This document shows positions 18,637 through 29,005 of a stretch of DNA of 47,518 bases, one piece after another; the first letter of the stretch is position 1, and each line of letters begins with the position of its first letter. Source of the stretch: an uncultured Alistipes sp. Its GTDB lineage: Bacteria > Bacteroidota > Bacteroidia > Bacteroidales > Rikenellaceae. The notes beneath the pieces were generated by a model. It saw only the letters and a list, made by a program, of their open reading frames with translations. It made no database searches and was not told the DNA's origin. The position numbers and the translations under genes are program-made. The stretch spans positions 1-47,518 of the forward strand of contig CAMWWU010000001.1 in the NCBI GenBank assembly GCA_947178025.1, written 5' to 3'.

Positions 18637-20109
18637 ATGTACAGAATGAAAAAGACCAAAGTCGTGGCCACGATGTCCGACTTCCGCTGCACCGAACAAT
18701 TCGTCGCCGATCTCTTCGACGCCGGCATGGACGTAATCCGCATCAACTCGGCCCACGTGACCGAAGAGGGCGCCACCCGGATCGTGGAGATCGTGCACAA
18801 GGTCAACCCCTCGATTCCCATCATGATCGACACCAAGGGTCCCGAGATCCGCGTGACGACCATCGCCGACGAATACGGCAACGCCATCAATTTCCGCGTC
18901 GGCGACCGCGTAGCGGTCCGCGGCTCGGACGGCAAGGACCTCACCACGCGCAAGATCGTCTACATGAACGTCCCGTCGATCGTCCGCGACATCCCCGTCG
19001 GCGCCCGCATGCTGATCGCCGACGGCGAGCTGGAGATCCGCGTCGTCGAGAAGAACGACGAGGAGCTCATCTGCGAATTCGTCGTGGGCGGCGCCATGCG
19101 TTCGCGCAAGAGCGTCAACGTCCCGGGCGTCTCGATCGACCTGCCGTCGGTGACCGAGAAGGACCGCCGGTTCATCGAATGGGCCGTCCGCAACGACGTG
19201 GACTTCATCGCCCACTCGTTCGTGCGTTCGGCACGCGACATCGCGGCCGTGCAGCAGATCCTCGACGCCCACCGAAGCCCGATCAAGATCATCTCGAAGA
19301 TCGAGAATCAGGAGGGACTGGACAACATCGACGAGATCATCGAGGCCTCCTACGGCATCATGGTCGCCCGCGGCGACCTGGGCGTGGAGCTCCCGGCCGA
19401 GGCGATTCCCAACACGCAGCGCCGCATCGTCGAGAAGTGCATCGCCGCGAAGCGCCCGGTCATCATCGCCACGCAGATGCTCTACTCGATGGTCAAGTCG
19501 CCGCGCCCGACACGCGCCGAGGTGAGCGACGTCGCGAGCGCCATCTACGAGCGCGTCGACGCCATCATGCTGAGCGACGAAACGGCCATGGGCGACTACC
19601 CGGTGGAGGCCGTGCAGACGATGGCCCGCATCGCCCGCGAGATCGAGCGCGACGAGACGCACTTCAAACCGATGATCGACATGGACATGGTTTCGGTGAA
19701 CCACGAAATCACGGCCCAGCTCGCCCGCTCGGCCGTGCGCGCCTCGGCCAACCTGCCGATCCGCTACGTGGTGCTCGACACCAAGACGGGCCGCACGGGA
19801 CGTTACCTGGCGGCGTTCCGCGGCCGCAAGACGGTCATGGCGGTCTGCTACCAACGTCATGCGCAGCGCATCCTGGCCCTCTCCTACGGCGTGGTCCCCA
19901 TCCTGCGCAACCAGGAGCTGCACGACCGCTACCACTTCCTGGTCGACGCCCTCGAATTTCTCGATCAGTACCGCAAACTGAACGACGACGACCTGATGGC
20001 CATCGTCGGCGGCAGCTTCGGCCCCGATGCCGGAGCATCCTACGTCGAGATCGCCGACGTGAAGAACATCCGCATGCGCAACGCCCGGATCACGGCCGGC
20101 GAACAATAG
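18637..20109 (+). CDS. pyk: Pyruvate kinase
   Basis: KTKVVAT, DTKGPEIR, ISKIEN, IMVARGDLG, ATQML, PTRAEVSDV, MLSDETA; start may be 18646. Confidence 0.96.
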   Translation: MYRMKKTKVVATMSDFRCTEQFVADLFDAGMDVIRINSAHVTEEGATRIVEIVHKVNPSIPIMIDTKGPEIRVTTIADEYGNAINFRVGDRVAVRGSDGKDLTTRKIVYMNVPSIVRDIPVGARMLIADGELEIRVVEKNDEELICEFVVGGAMRSRKSVNVPGVSIDLPSVTEKDRRFIEWAVRNDVDFIAHSFVRSARDIAAVQQILDAHRSPIKIISKIENQEGLDNIDEIIEASYGIMVARGDLGVELPAEAIPNTQRRIVEKCIAAKRPVIIATQMLYSMVKSPRPTRAEVSDVASAIYERVDAIMLSDETAMGDYPVEAVQTMARIAREIERDETHFKPMIDMDMVSVNHEITAQLARSAVRASANLPIRYVVLDTKTGRTGRYLAAFRGRKTVMAVCYQRHAQRILALSYGVVPILRNQELHDRYHFLVDALEFLDQYRKLNDDDLMAIVGGSFGPDAGASYVEIADVKNIRMRNARITAGEQ

Positions 20110-20113
20110 CCCG

Positions 20114-21583
20114 ATGGAGCGCCGGACGACACCGCAGCGGGGCGAACTCAAGGGCCAGGTCGCGCGCAGCGTGGCCTGGAGCCTGGCCGAGAAGATCGGC
20201 TCGATGCTCCTGCAAATGGCCGTGAGCCTCACCATCCTGCGTCTGCTGACGCGCGAGGATCTGGGAATCATGGCCATCCTCACGGCGGTGTCGGCCGTGG
20301 CGCTCGTCATCGCGGACAGCGGCTTCTCGCAGACGCTGATCCGCAAGGCGGACCCCACGCCGAGCGACTTCAAGTCGGTATTCGGCTTCAACGTCGGGGT
20401 GTCGCTCCTGCTCTATGCCGTTTTCGTGGCGCTGGCTCCGGCAGCCGGACGCTACTACGACATGCCCGAGCTGGGGCGGCTGGCCCCCGTCTTCTTCCTG
20501 CTGCTGCCCGTCAATGCGCTGTGCGCCGTACAGAACACGCTTTTCGTGCGAGAGTTCCGGTTCGCACTGCTCTCGAAGGTCACCTTCGCAGCGGCGCTCG
20601 CGAGCGGCCTGGCCGCCATCGGCCTCGCCCTGGCCGGCTGCGGCGTCTGGAGCGTCGTCGCACAGCGCGTATTGCAGATGGCCGTGCGCGCAGCGCTGCT
20701 CTGGTGGCTGAGCGACTGGCGGCCGCGCGGCTCCTGGGACGGCAGCGCCCTGCGACGCATGGCCCCGTACAGCCTCAGTCTGATGTCCACCGAACTGATC
20801 TCGACCTTCTACAACAAGATCCCGCAGTTCTTCCTCGGACGCCTCTACCCCGCCGATACGCTCGGCGCTTTCGACCAGGCCGTCAAACTCAAGGACCAAC
20901 CCGTGACCTCGGCCATGCAGGCCGTGCAGGGGGTTACGTTCCCCGCCCTGTCGAAGATCGCCCACGACCCGCAGCGCTTCGCCGAGAGCTACCGGCAGGT
21001 GGTGATGGTCGTCGCCTACGTCCTCTTCCCGATCATGCTCGGACTGTCGGCCGTCGCGCACGATCTGTTCGAGGTGCTGCTCGGCGAGAAGTGGATGCCG
21101 ACGGTCCCCTACTTCGAAGCGATCTGCCTGACAGGGCTCTGCTACCCCGTGGCGATGATCGCCCTCAACGTGCTCAAGGCCCGGAGCGACGGCCGCATCA
21201 TCCTCCGCATCGAGATCCTCAAGAAAGTGCTCATGACGGGGATCTTCGCCTGCACGATTCCCGTGAGCGTGCAGGCCGTCGTATGGGGGCTGGTGGCGAT
21301 CTCCGCCTGCGAAGCGGTCGTCAACGTCGGGGCATCGATGCGCTATACCACCCTCGGCCTACGGCGTCTGCTGCGCACGCTGCTGCCCGTGACACTCGTA
21401 TCGGCCGCGATGTACGCCGTCGTCCGCACCACGCAGGCGCTGCTCCCGGACGACGCCCTGCTGCGGCTGAGCGTCGGCATCGCCGCAGGCGCAGGCTGCT
21501 ACCTCCTGCTCTCGGCACTCTGCCGTCTGGAGGCGTTCGGCGAGGTGATCGGCATCGTCCGCAAGCAGTTGCGCCGAAAATAA
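20114..21583 (+). CDS. Polysaccharide flippase (Wzx/WzxC-like, MOP superfamily)
   Basis: About 12-14 hydrophobic segments; LRLLTREDLG, DSGFSQTLIR, FPALSK, LLGEKW. Confidence 0.85.
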   Translation: MERRTTPQRGELKGQVARSVAWSLAEKIGSMLLQMAVSLTILRLLTREDLGIMAILTAVSAVALVIADSGFSQTLIRKADPTPSDFKSVFGFNVGVSLLLYAVFVALAPAAGRYYDMPELGRLAPVFFLLLPVNALCAVQNTLFVREFRFALLSKVTFAAALASGLAAIGLALAGCGVWSVVAQRVLQMAVRAALLWWLSDWRPRGSWDGSALRRMAPYSLSLMSTELISTFYNKIPQFFLGRLYPADTLGAFDQAVKLKDQPVTSAMQAVQGVTFPALSKIAHDPQRFAESYRQVVMVVAYVLFPIMLGLSAVAHDLFEVLLGEKWMPTVPYFEAICLTGLCYPVAMIALNVLKARSDGRIILRIEILKKVLMTGIFACTIPVSVQAVVWGLVAISACEAVVNVGASMRYTTLGLRRLLRTLLPVTLVSAAMYAVVRTTQALLPDDALLRLSVGIAAGAGCYLLLSALCRLEAFGEVIGIVRKQLRRK

Positions 21584-21623
21584 AAAGGGTAACCTCTACA
21601 GCTTTGCGGCTCTTCGAACCGCA

Positions 21624-21745
21624 GCGGGCCGCAGCCTTCCCCGGCGGAGGCCCGCATTGTCCGGGGACTGCGGACGGCAAGAAGCCAATTCGGCTGCCAT
21701 CTCCGCCCAAACCCCGGTTCTTAGCCGGGCTCCGCAGGCTGCGAC
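21624..21745 (-). repeat. Module-A repeat copy on the reverse strand
   Basis: Reverse complement of 21624-21657 is ATGCGGGCCTCCGCCGGGGAAGGCTGCGGCCCGC. Reverse complement of ~21728-21745 matches GTCGCAGCCTGCGGAG at 81-96. Confidence 0.75.
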
Positions 21746-21763
21746 TCGCGACCAATGCGTACT

Positions 21764-21801
21764 GAAAAAATCCGCACCCTTTCGAGGGTGCGGATTTTTC
21801 A
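21764..21801. terminator. Bidirectional terminator between the flippase gene and rnfA
   Basis: AAAAATCCGCACCCT-ttcg-AGGGTGCGGATTTTT. Confidence 0.85.
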
Positions 21802-21855
21802 ATACCCGGCTCGCTCGGAGCCGTGCGGGCCGCATGACTGCGGCACCCGGCCATG

Positions 21856-22434
21856 CTATACCAGTCCCGAGAATCCCATGAATGCCATAGCGAGGATACC
21901 GGCCGTCACCAGAGCGATCGGAATACCCTTGAATGCCTGGGGGACGTCCTCGAAATCGAGACGCTCGCGGATACCGGCGAAGAGCACCAGCGCCAGCGCG
22001 AAGCCGATGGCCGTAGCCACCGAGTAGGCGACGCTCTGAAGCAGCGAGAACTCCTTCTGAATCATCAGGATGGCAACGCCCAGCACGGCGCAGTTGGTCG
22101 TGATGAGCGGCAGGAAGATACCCAGCGCCTGATAGAGCGAGGGCGAGGTCTTCTTGAGGATGATCTCGACCATCTGCACCAGCGCTGCGATCACCAGGAT
22201 GAAGACGATCGTCTGCATGTAGACGATATCCAGCGGCACGAGGACATAGGTCTGAATCAGCCAGGCCACGACCGAAGCGATGGCCATGACGAACGTTACG
22301 GCAGCACCCATACCGAGCGAGGTATCGACCTTCGACGACACGCCCAGGAAGGGGCAGATGCCGAGGAACTGCGCCAGCACGACGTTGTTGACGAAGATGG
22401 CGCCGATGATGATTGCGAAATATGAAAGCTCCAT
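21856..22434 (-). CDS. rnfA: Rnf electron transport complex subunit A
   Basis: [23 protein letters not shown]. Confidence 0.95.
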   Translation of the reverse strand: MELSYFAIIIGAIFVNNVVLAQFLGICPFLGVSSKVDTSLGMGAAVTFVMAIASVVAWLIQTYVLVPLDIVYMQTIVFILVIAALVQMVEIILKKTSPSLYQALGIFLPLITTNCAVLGVAILMIQKEFSLLQSVAYSVATAIGFALALVLFAGIRERLDFEDVPQAFKGIPIALVTAGILAMAFMGFSGLV

Positions 22435-22436
22435 AA

Positions 22437-23021
22437 CTATTTCTTGGCTAATTTGTTAAACAGAACCATCAGATAGCCGAGCACCAGGAACGCACCCGGA
22501 GCCAGCACGAAGATCAGCGGCATGTAGTCGGCGATGCCGAAGCTGTAGCCGAAGATGGCGCCGCTGCCCAGCACCTCGCGCACGGCACCGATCGCCGTGA
22601 GCGACAAGGTGAAGCCCAGGCCGATGCCGATACCGTCGAGGATCGAGTCGAACGGCGAGTTCTTCGAGGCGAAGGCCTCGGCGCGGCCGAGGATGATGCA
22701 GTTCACCACGATGAGCGGGATGAAGACGCCCAGCGAGGCGTACAGCGCCGGCACGTAGGCCTGCATCAGCATCTGGATAATGGTCACGAACGATGCGATG
22801 ACGACGATGAATGCGGGGATACGCACCTTGTCGGGAATGATGTTCTTGATGAGCGAAATCACCAGGTTCGACATGATGAGCACGGCCATCGTCGCCAGTC
22901 CCATACCCATACCGTTGGCGGCGGAAGTCGTCGTACCCAGCGTGGGACACATACCCAGCACCAGCACGAACGTCGGGTTGTTCTTGACGATACCGCTCAA
23001 GATAATATTCAGCTTATTCAT
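22437..23021 (-). CDS. rnfE: Rnf complex subunit E
   Basis: [29 protein letters not shown]. Confidence 0.95.
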   Translation of the reverse strand: MNKLNIILSGIVKNNPTFVLVLGMCPTLGTTTSAANGMGMGLATMAVLIMSNLVISLIKNIIPDKVRIPAFIVVIASFVTIIQMLMQAYVPALYASLGVFIPLIVVNCIILGRAEAFASKNSPFDSILDGIGIGLGFTLSLTAIGAVREVLGSGAIFGYSFGIADYMPLIFVLAPGAFLVLGYLMVLFNKLAKK

Positions 23022-23658
23022 TTTGACCTCCTTCCTGAGCCTCCGGCTCTACTGCTTCGCCTGCGGTCTCCCCGGCGGGTTCCGCCTTCGCGGACACGCT
23101 CTTGTAGGCCACCCAGGCACGGTTGATCGCATCGACATAGGCGCGCGACGAGATCGTCGCGGCGGTCAGCGCGTCGACATCGCCGCCGTCTTTCGTCACG
23201 GCCAGCTTGCCGTCCACCAGTTTCTTATCGGCGAGCTGCTGTCCCTGAATGCTCTTGATGAGCGGGTTGCCCTCATCGGCCATCTTGGTGCCGAGACCCG
23301 GCGTTTCCGACTGCTCCAGCACATTGACGTTGATGACCTCGCCCGCAGGGGTGAAGCCCACCATCAGCCGCACGACGCCGCCGAAGCCCTGCTTGGTCAT
23401 CGTCTGCACGGCATAGCCGGCCACGTCGCCCGCCTTGGTCGCAGTGTAGACCACGATGGGCAGCTCGTCGATCGAGAGCTCCTCGGTCGCAGCTTCGTCG
23501 AACTCCGGAAGCACCTCCTTCAGAGCGGCCTCGGTAGCAGCCTGCTTGGCCTGGGCGATCGGCTCCATGGTAATCATGTTCACGACACCGACCCCGGCCG
23601 AAGCCACGAGCGTGATGCCCAGAAGGACGGCCGTCATGTTAAAAAGCGTACTTTTCAT
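23014..23658 (-). CDS. rnfG: Rnf complex subunit G (FMN-binding)
   Basis: N-terminal TM, ETPGLG, DALTAATISS FMNylation motif. Confidence 0.93.
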   Translation of the reverse strand: MKSTLFNMTAVLLGITLVASAGVGVVNMITMEPIAQAKQAATEAALKEVLPEFDEAATEELSIDELPIVVYTATKAGDVAGYAVQTMTKQGFGGVVRLMVGFTPAGEVINVNVLEQSETPGLGTKMADEGNPLIKSIQGQQLADKKLVDGKLAVTKDGGDVDALTAATISSRAYVDAINRAWVAYKSVSAKAEPAGETAGEAVEPEAQEGGQNE

Positions 23659-23674
23659 CTTTCTCTCCTCCTTC

Positions 23675-24664
23675 TTATTTCACGCCGAAGCGCTTGGGTT
23701 TGACATACTTGTTGATGAGGGGCACGCACGAGTTCATGATCAGGATCGCGAACGACATACCCTCGGGATAGGCGCCCCACAGACGGATGCACATCGTAAT
23801 CAGACCGATGCCGACGCCGAAGATCACGCCGCCCTTGACCGTCATCGGCGAGGTCGAGTAGTCGGTAGCCATGAAGATGGCGCCGAGCATCGCACCGCCG
23901 GCGAAGATGTGGAAGAGCGGGAACTGCCACAGCAGCGAGGTCTCCATGCCCGAAGCGGCGCCGACGATCAGTGCGAAGATCGCCATCGTGGCGAGGATCG
24001 TCACGGGAACATGCCACGTGATGACCTTGCGCCAGAGCAGGTAGACGAAGCCGCAGAGCAGTGCCAGCGCGGCCACCTCGCCCAGCGAACCGGGCATGTT
24101 GCCGAGCGTCAGGTCCTGCATCAGATTCTCCGGCAGCACGCCGTACTGCTTATAAGCGGCCAGCGGCGTGGCACCCGACACCGCATCGGGATTCACATCG
24201 CCGAACACCTTGTAGGCGAAGCCCTCGACCTTGGAGAACGAAGTCATCTGCACGGGATAGGCGATCAGCAGGAAGACGCGGCCCACCAATGCGGGGTTGA
24301 AGGGGTTTTTGCCCAGGCCGCCGAAGGTCATCTTGGCGATGGCGATGGCGACGAAAGCACCCATCACGACGATCCACCAGGGAATCGACGCCGGGAGGTT
24401 GAAGGCCAGCAGCACGCCCGTAACCACCGCCGACCAGTTGCCGACGGTCACGGCGCCGCGGACCAGAAATTTCTGGATCAGGTACTCGAACGCCACGCAC
24501 GAAAGCACCGAAAGGGCCGTGACGCACAGTACGTCGACTCCGAACACCACGGTCGAGACGACCAGCGCGGGCAGCAGCGCGATCACCACGTCGCGCATGA
24601 TGCTCGAAGTGGATTGCAGCGTCTGCACGTGGGGCGCAGGAGCGACAAGGATTTTATTTGCCAT
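23675..24664 (-). CDS. rnfD: Rnf complex subunit D
   Basis: FGGLGKNPFNPA, DAVSGATPL (FMN Thr), GSLGE, FMATD. Confidence 0.95.
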   Translation of the reverse strand: MANKILVAPAPHVQTLQSTSSIMRDVVIALLPALVVSTVVFGVDVLCVTALSVLSCVAFEYLIQKFLVRGAVTVGNWSAVVTGVLLAFNLPASIPWWIVVMGAFVAIAIAKMTFGGLGKNPFNPALVGRVFLLIAYPVQMTSFSKVEGFAYKVFGDVNPDAVSGATPLAAYKQYGVLPENLMQDLTLGNMPGSLGEVAALALLCGFVYLLWRKVITWHVPVTILATMAIFALIVGAASGMETSLLWQFPLFHIFAGGAMLGAIFMATDYSTSPMTVKGGVIFGVGIGLITMCIRLWGAYPEGMSFAILIMNSCVPLINKYVKPKRFGVK

Positions 24665-24695
24665 AGTCGTATTCTGTTTTTTGTTCTACGATGCG

Positions 24696-26051
24696 TTACT
24701 TCTTCGGTGCGGCGGCAGCGGCGCGTGCGCGGATGATGCCCATCACCGACTGTTTGCCCAGACGGATCCAGTCCAGCAGCGGCAGGTAGGCCGGGCAGGT
24801 CGACTGGCAGCAGCCGCACTCGATGCACGAGGTGATCATCTGCGCCTCCAGTTCGTCGAAGTTCTTCTTCTGCGTCATCTTCGAGAGGTAGTAGGGCTCC
24901 AGACCCATCGGGCAGGCCGAAACGCACTTGGCGCACTTGATGCACTGCGAGGCCTCGCGACGCTCGGCATCGCGGCCGCTCATGACGGTGATGCCCGAGC
25001 AGCCCTTCGTCACGGGCGATGCGAAGTTGATCATCGCACGACCCATCATCGGACCGCCGTTGATCACCTTGCCCGCATCCTCGGGAAGCCCGCCGGCAGC
25101 GTCGAGCAGCGTCGTGATCGGCGTACCCATGCGCGTCAGCAGGTTCTTGGGCTCCTTGACGCCCTTGCCCGTGACGGTCACCACGCGCTCGATCAGCGGC
25201 TTGTTCTTCTGCACGGCCTCGTAGACCGCCACGGTCGTCGAAGCGTTGCATACCACGGCCCCCACGTCGATCGGCAGTGCGGGCGGAGGCGGCACCTGAC
25301 GGCCCGTGACGGCCGCGATGAGCTGCTTCTCACCGCCCTGCGGATACTTGACCCGAAGCGGCGTGACCTCCACGCCCTTGTAACCGCCCTCGGCGATCAC
25401 CCGGCGCAGATGCTCGATGGCATCGGGCTTGTTGTTCTCGATGCCGATGTAGGCGCTGTCCACGCCGATGGCCTTCATCAGGATCGTGACGCCCACGACG
25501 AGCTCCTCGCCCCGTTCGAGCATCGTGCGGTGGTCGGAGGTCAGATAGGGCTCGCACTCCACGCCGTTGATAATCAGCGCCTCGGCCTTCTTGCCGGGAG
25601 GCACCGACAGCTTGACGTGCGTGGGGAACGTGGCACCGCCCATACCGACGATGCCGGCCTCCTTGATCTTCGCGATGATCTCCTGCGACGAGAGTGCGCA
25701 CTCCTTGACGAGCGTCTTCGAGCGGTCGATGCCCTCAACCCACTCGTCACCCTCGCGCTTGATCGTAATCATCGGCTGACGCAGCCCCTGACCGTTGGCC
25801 ACGAGCTCCACGGCCGTCACCGTACCCGAGATGGGCGAGTGGATATTGGCCGACATGAAACTGCCCGCCTCGGCGATGAGCTGGCCCGTAAGCACCTTGT
25901 CGCCCTTGGCGACCTTGGCCACGGCCGGAGCTCCGATGTGCTGCGAGAGGGGAATGCAGACCGCCTCGGGCAGCGGAAGCACCTCGATGGGCTTGGCGCT
26001 GCTCAGCTTGTTTTCCGACGGATGAACACCGCCTATTGGAAATGTCTTCAT
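24696..26051 (-). CDS. rnfC: Rnf complex subunit C
   Basis: QHIGAP, GIVGMGGATFPT, ECEPYLT, YPQGGEK, two CxxCxxCxxxCP clusters. Confidence 0.96.
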   Translation of the reverse strand: MKTFPIGGVHPSENKLSSAKPIEVLPLPEAVCIPLSQHIGAPAVAKVAKGDKVLTGQLIAEAGSFMSANIHSPISGTVTAVELVANGQGLRQPMITIKREGDEWVEGIDRSKTLVKECALSSQEIIAKIKEAGIVGMGGATFPTHVKLSVPPGKKAEALIINGVECEPYLTSDHRTMLERGEELVVGVTILMKAIGVDSAYIGIENNKPDAIEHLRRVIAEGGYKGVEVTPLRVKYPQGGEKQLIAAVTGRQVPPPPALPIDVGAVVCNASTTVAVYEAVQKNKPLIERVVTVTGKGVKEPKNLLTRMGTPITTLLDAAGGLPEDAGKVINGGPMMGRAMINFASPVTKGCSGITVMSGRDAERREASQCIKCAKCVSACPMGLEPYYLSKMTQKKNFDELEAQMITSCIECGCCQSTCPAYLPLLDWIRLGKQSVMGIIRARAAAAAPKK

Positions 26052-26076
26052 ATTTCGGATTTGATTTTACGTTGGA

Positions 26077-26970
26077 TTACTTCTCGGCGGGCTTTTCAGC
26101 GGCAGGCGCTGCGGCGGGTTTCGGAGCGGCCGGAGCCTTGGGCTCCTTGGGCAGCGGATCCATGCCGACGAGCTTGATGGCACCCGTGGGGCACTCGTTC
26201 ACGCACTTGCGGCAGAGCTTGCACTTCTGCGAGTCGATGAAGGCGAGGTTGTTCTCCACCGTGATGGCCTCGAACGCGCAGACCTTGGCGCACTTGCCGC
26301 AGCCGATACATCCGGCCTTGCAGGCCTTCATCACGGCGGCGCCCTTCTCCTTCGAAACGCACGACACGTAGACCGCACGGTTCTTGGGCCACTTCTTGCG
26401 CAGCTCGATGATGAGCTTCGGACAAGCCTTCACGCAGGCGCCGCAGGCCGTACACTTGTCGGGATCGACCACCGGCAGCCCCGTAGCGGGGTCGATGGCG
26501 ATCGCTCCGAACGAGCAGACCTTCACGCAGTCGCCGAAGCCCAGGCAGCCGAACGAGCAGCCCGTCTCGCCCGCATAGAGCGACGAAGCCACGGCGCACG
26601 ACTTGACACCGTTGTATTCGTTGGTGCGAGGACGTTTCTCGCACGTACCGCCGCAACGGACCGTTGCGACCTGCGGCCCCTTCTCCGCAGCGGCCTTGCC
26701 CAGGTATCCGGCAATGGCCTTCATGCAGTCGCCGCCGCCCACCGGGCAGAAGAGCGACGAGATATCGTCGTTCTTCACGAGTGCGTCGGCCATACCGCGA
26801 CATCCGGCGAATCCGCAGCCGCCGCAGTTCGCGCCGGGCAGCATTTTCTCCACCTCGTCGATCCGCGGATCCTCCTCGACCCGGAATTTCTGGGCCACGA
26901 AGTAGAGAATAACCGCGGAGAGTACTCCCAACACGCACAGCGTCAGGATAGTGTTAAGTAATACTTCCAT
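26077..26970 (-). CDS. rnfB: Rnf complex subunit B (polyferredoxin)
   Basis: LPGANCGGCGFAGC and multiple CxxCxxCxxxCP motifs. Confidence 0.95.
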   Translation of the reverse strand: MEVLLNTILTLCVLGVLSAVILYFVAQKFRVEEDPRIDEVEKMLPGANCGGCGFAGCRGMADALVKNDDISSLFCPVGGGDCMKAIAGYLGKAAAEKGPQVATVRCGGTCEKRPRTNEYNGVKSCAVASSLYAGETGCSFGCLGFGDCVKVCSFGAIAIDPATGLPVVDPDKCTACGACVKACPKLIIELRKKWPKNRAVYVSCVSKEKGAAVMKACKAGCIGCGKCAKVCAFEAITVENNLAFIDSQKCKLCRKCVNECPTGAIKLVGMDPLPKEPKAPAAPKPAAAPAAEKPAEK

Positions 26971-27389
26971 TAGTTTTTAAAGATTGTGAAATGAATTGTG
27001 TGTTCGATTCCGCGTCGCGCCACCCACAGCACGACATAATAGAGGGCCACCGCGGCCAATGCCGACAAGGCCCCCTGCGCTTCGCTCCAGCCGAGCAGTC
27101 CGACCGTTGCGACCAGCGTCGCCAGCAGCACGACCAGCGCACCGCCGTAGGCCAGCGCCACGGCCAGCGCCCCCGCACTGCGGCGCACGCCCACCGTCAC
27201 CGCGTCGCCCGGAGCGTAGGACGCCGCATCGGGCGTCGCCACGGCGACGATCTTCTCCTGCGTTTCGGCCAGGCCGCATGCCTGACGGGCCTTGCAGGAG
27301 CCGCAGGCGCTCGACGAGGTGATCGTCACGTAGACCGTGCCGCCCTCGACGCGATCCACCCGACCGCTATGTTCGATCCGTTCCGACAC
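26970..27389 (-). CDS. rseC: RseC/MucC family protein
   Basis: SSACGSCKARQAC plus two C-terminal TMs; usual position before rnfB in Bacteroidota. Confidence 0.85.
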   Translation of the reverse strand: MSERIEHSGRVDRVEGGTVYVTITSSSACGSCKARQACGLAETQEKIVAVATPDAASYAPGDAVTVGVRRSAGALAVALAYGGALVVLLATLVATVGLLGWSEAQGALSALAAVALYYVVLWVARRGIEHTIHFTIFKN

Positions 27390-27393
27390 CTCG

Positions 27394-28971
27394 CTAATCG
27401 CCGTATTTATTGGTGAGCGGCATGAGCCGTTCGTGTCCGAAGGAGCACATCGACAGACGCAGCACGGGCGGGAACTGATAACGTTTCTTCTCGTTTCGCA
27501 TGATCATGCCGTGGATCTTCTCCACGACCTGGGAGTCGAAGCCCGCGTTGATGATCTCCTCGCGGTGCTGCCCCTCCTCGATCATGCGGAAGAGGATGGC
27601 GTCGACCACCTCGTAGGGAGGCAGGATATCGCTGTCCTTCTGACCGGGATGCAGCTCCGAAGAGGGCTCCTTGTCGAGGATGTTTTCGGGAATCACGTCG
27701 TCGTGCGTGCGGTTGATATAACGGGCCAGGTCGTACATCTCGCTCTTGTAGAGGTCGCCCGTGGGGCTGAAGGCTCCGGCCGTATCGCCGTAGAGCGTAC
27801 AGAGGCCGAGAGCGTTCTCGCTCTTGTTCGACGAATTGAGCAGGATGTAGCCGGTTTTGTTCTGGAGCGCCATGAGCAGCACCGTGCGGATACGGGTCTG
27901 GATGTTCTCCTCCGTAGCGTCGAACTCCGTACCGCCGATGACGGGCTTGAGCGTGTCGACGACGCTCCGGTAGATCTCCGAGATCGGAATCACGTCGTAG
28001 GCGATGCCGAGCCGCTCGGCCAGCAGCCGGGCGTCCTCGACCGAGTGGTCCGACGAGAACTGCGACGGCATGAGCAGCGCCCGGACGTTCTCGCGTCCCA
28101 GCGCATCGGCGGCCAGCACGGCCACCACGGCCGAGTCGATACCGCCCGACAGACCCACGCAGGCCTTCTGGTAGCCGTTCTTGCGGAAAAAGTCCTTCAG
28201 GCCGCAGCAGGCGGCGCCGTAGACCATGCGCGTCCGGTCGCCGGACGACGGAATCGTCACCGGAACGGCCGTCGCCTCCGTGTCGAAGATCCGGAAATCC
28301 TCCTCGAAATGCTTCATCAGCAGCACCAGCTCGCCGCGGGCGTTGAAAGCTCCCGACGTACCGTCGTACACGATGTCCGTCGCACCGCCCACCTGGTTGA
28401 CCAGCACGAGGTTCTTGCCCTCGACGAAGGCCAGACGGCGCATCAGTTCGTAGCGGTAGGTCATCGTGCCCTTGCCGTACTTGCGGGCGTTGATGGAGAC
28501 GATGGTTTCGACCGAGCAGTCGAAATCGTGTTCGCGACTCAGGTCGTCGCCGACGATGATCACGCACTTGTGTCCGCCGATGGTGGCGTATTCATACCCT
28601 TTCGAGGGGACCAGGAAACCCATTTCGCGGCGCGCCGTGATGTACTTTTTGCCCACATAGCGCTGCACCTTGCCCTGCTGGATGAGGGCTGCGGCGCTGA
28701 CCGTGCCGTCGTTCGTAAGGATCGGCAGGCCCACGATGGCCGCGATGCCGTCGCAGCAGGCGGCGATCTTGGCGAGCGCCTCCTCGCAGAGTTCGAGAAA
28801 AGTCGTCTTCCGCAACAGGTCGAAAGCGGGCGTTCCGCTCAGCGCCTGCTCGGCGAAAACCACCAGATCGGCGTGCTGTGCCTTGGCTTTGTTGATGGCG
28901 TCGATGATCTTCGAGGCATTGCCCTCCACGTCACCGATAGTGTAGTTCAACTGGGCGATGGCTATTTTCAT
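27394..28971 (-). CDS. nadE: NAD+ synthetase, two-domain (nitrilase-fold + synthetase)
   Basis: MKIAIAQLN..GD, GLSGGIDS, ENIQTRIR, NKSE, TLYGD, PSSELHPGQKD. Confidence 0.93.
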   Translation of the reverse strand: MKIAIAQLNYTIGDVEGNASKIIDAINKAKAQHADLVVFAEQALSGTPAFDLLRKTTFLELCEEALAKIAACCDGIAAIVGLPILTNDGTVSAAALIQQGKVQRYVGKKYITARREMGFLVPSKGYEYATIGGHKCVIIVGDDLSREHDFDCSVETIVSINARKYGKGTMTYRYELMRRLAFVEGKNLVLVNQVGGATDIVYDGTSGAFNARGELVLLMKHFEEDFRIFDTEATAVPVTIPSSGDRTRMVYGAACCGLKDFFRKNGYQKACVGLSGGIDSAVVAVLAADALGRENVRALLMPSQFSSDHSVEDARLLAERLGIAYDVIPISEIYRSVVDTLKPVIGGTEFDATEENIQTRIRTVLLMALQNKTGYILLNSSNKSENALGLCTLYGDTAGAFSPTGDLYKSEMYDLARYINRTHDDVIPENILDKEPSSELHPGQKDSDILPPYEVVDAILFRMIEEGQHREEIINAGFDSQVVEKIHGMIMRNEKKRYQFPPVLRLSMCSFGHERLMPLTNKYGD

Positions 28972-29005
28972 TGGGTAGTGCTTTAGTCGGCGTTTTATAA
29001 CTCCG

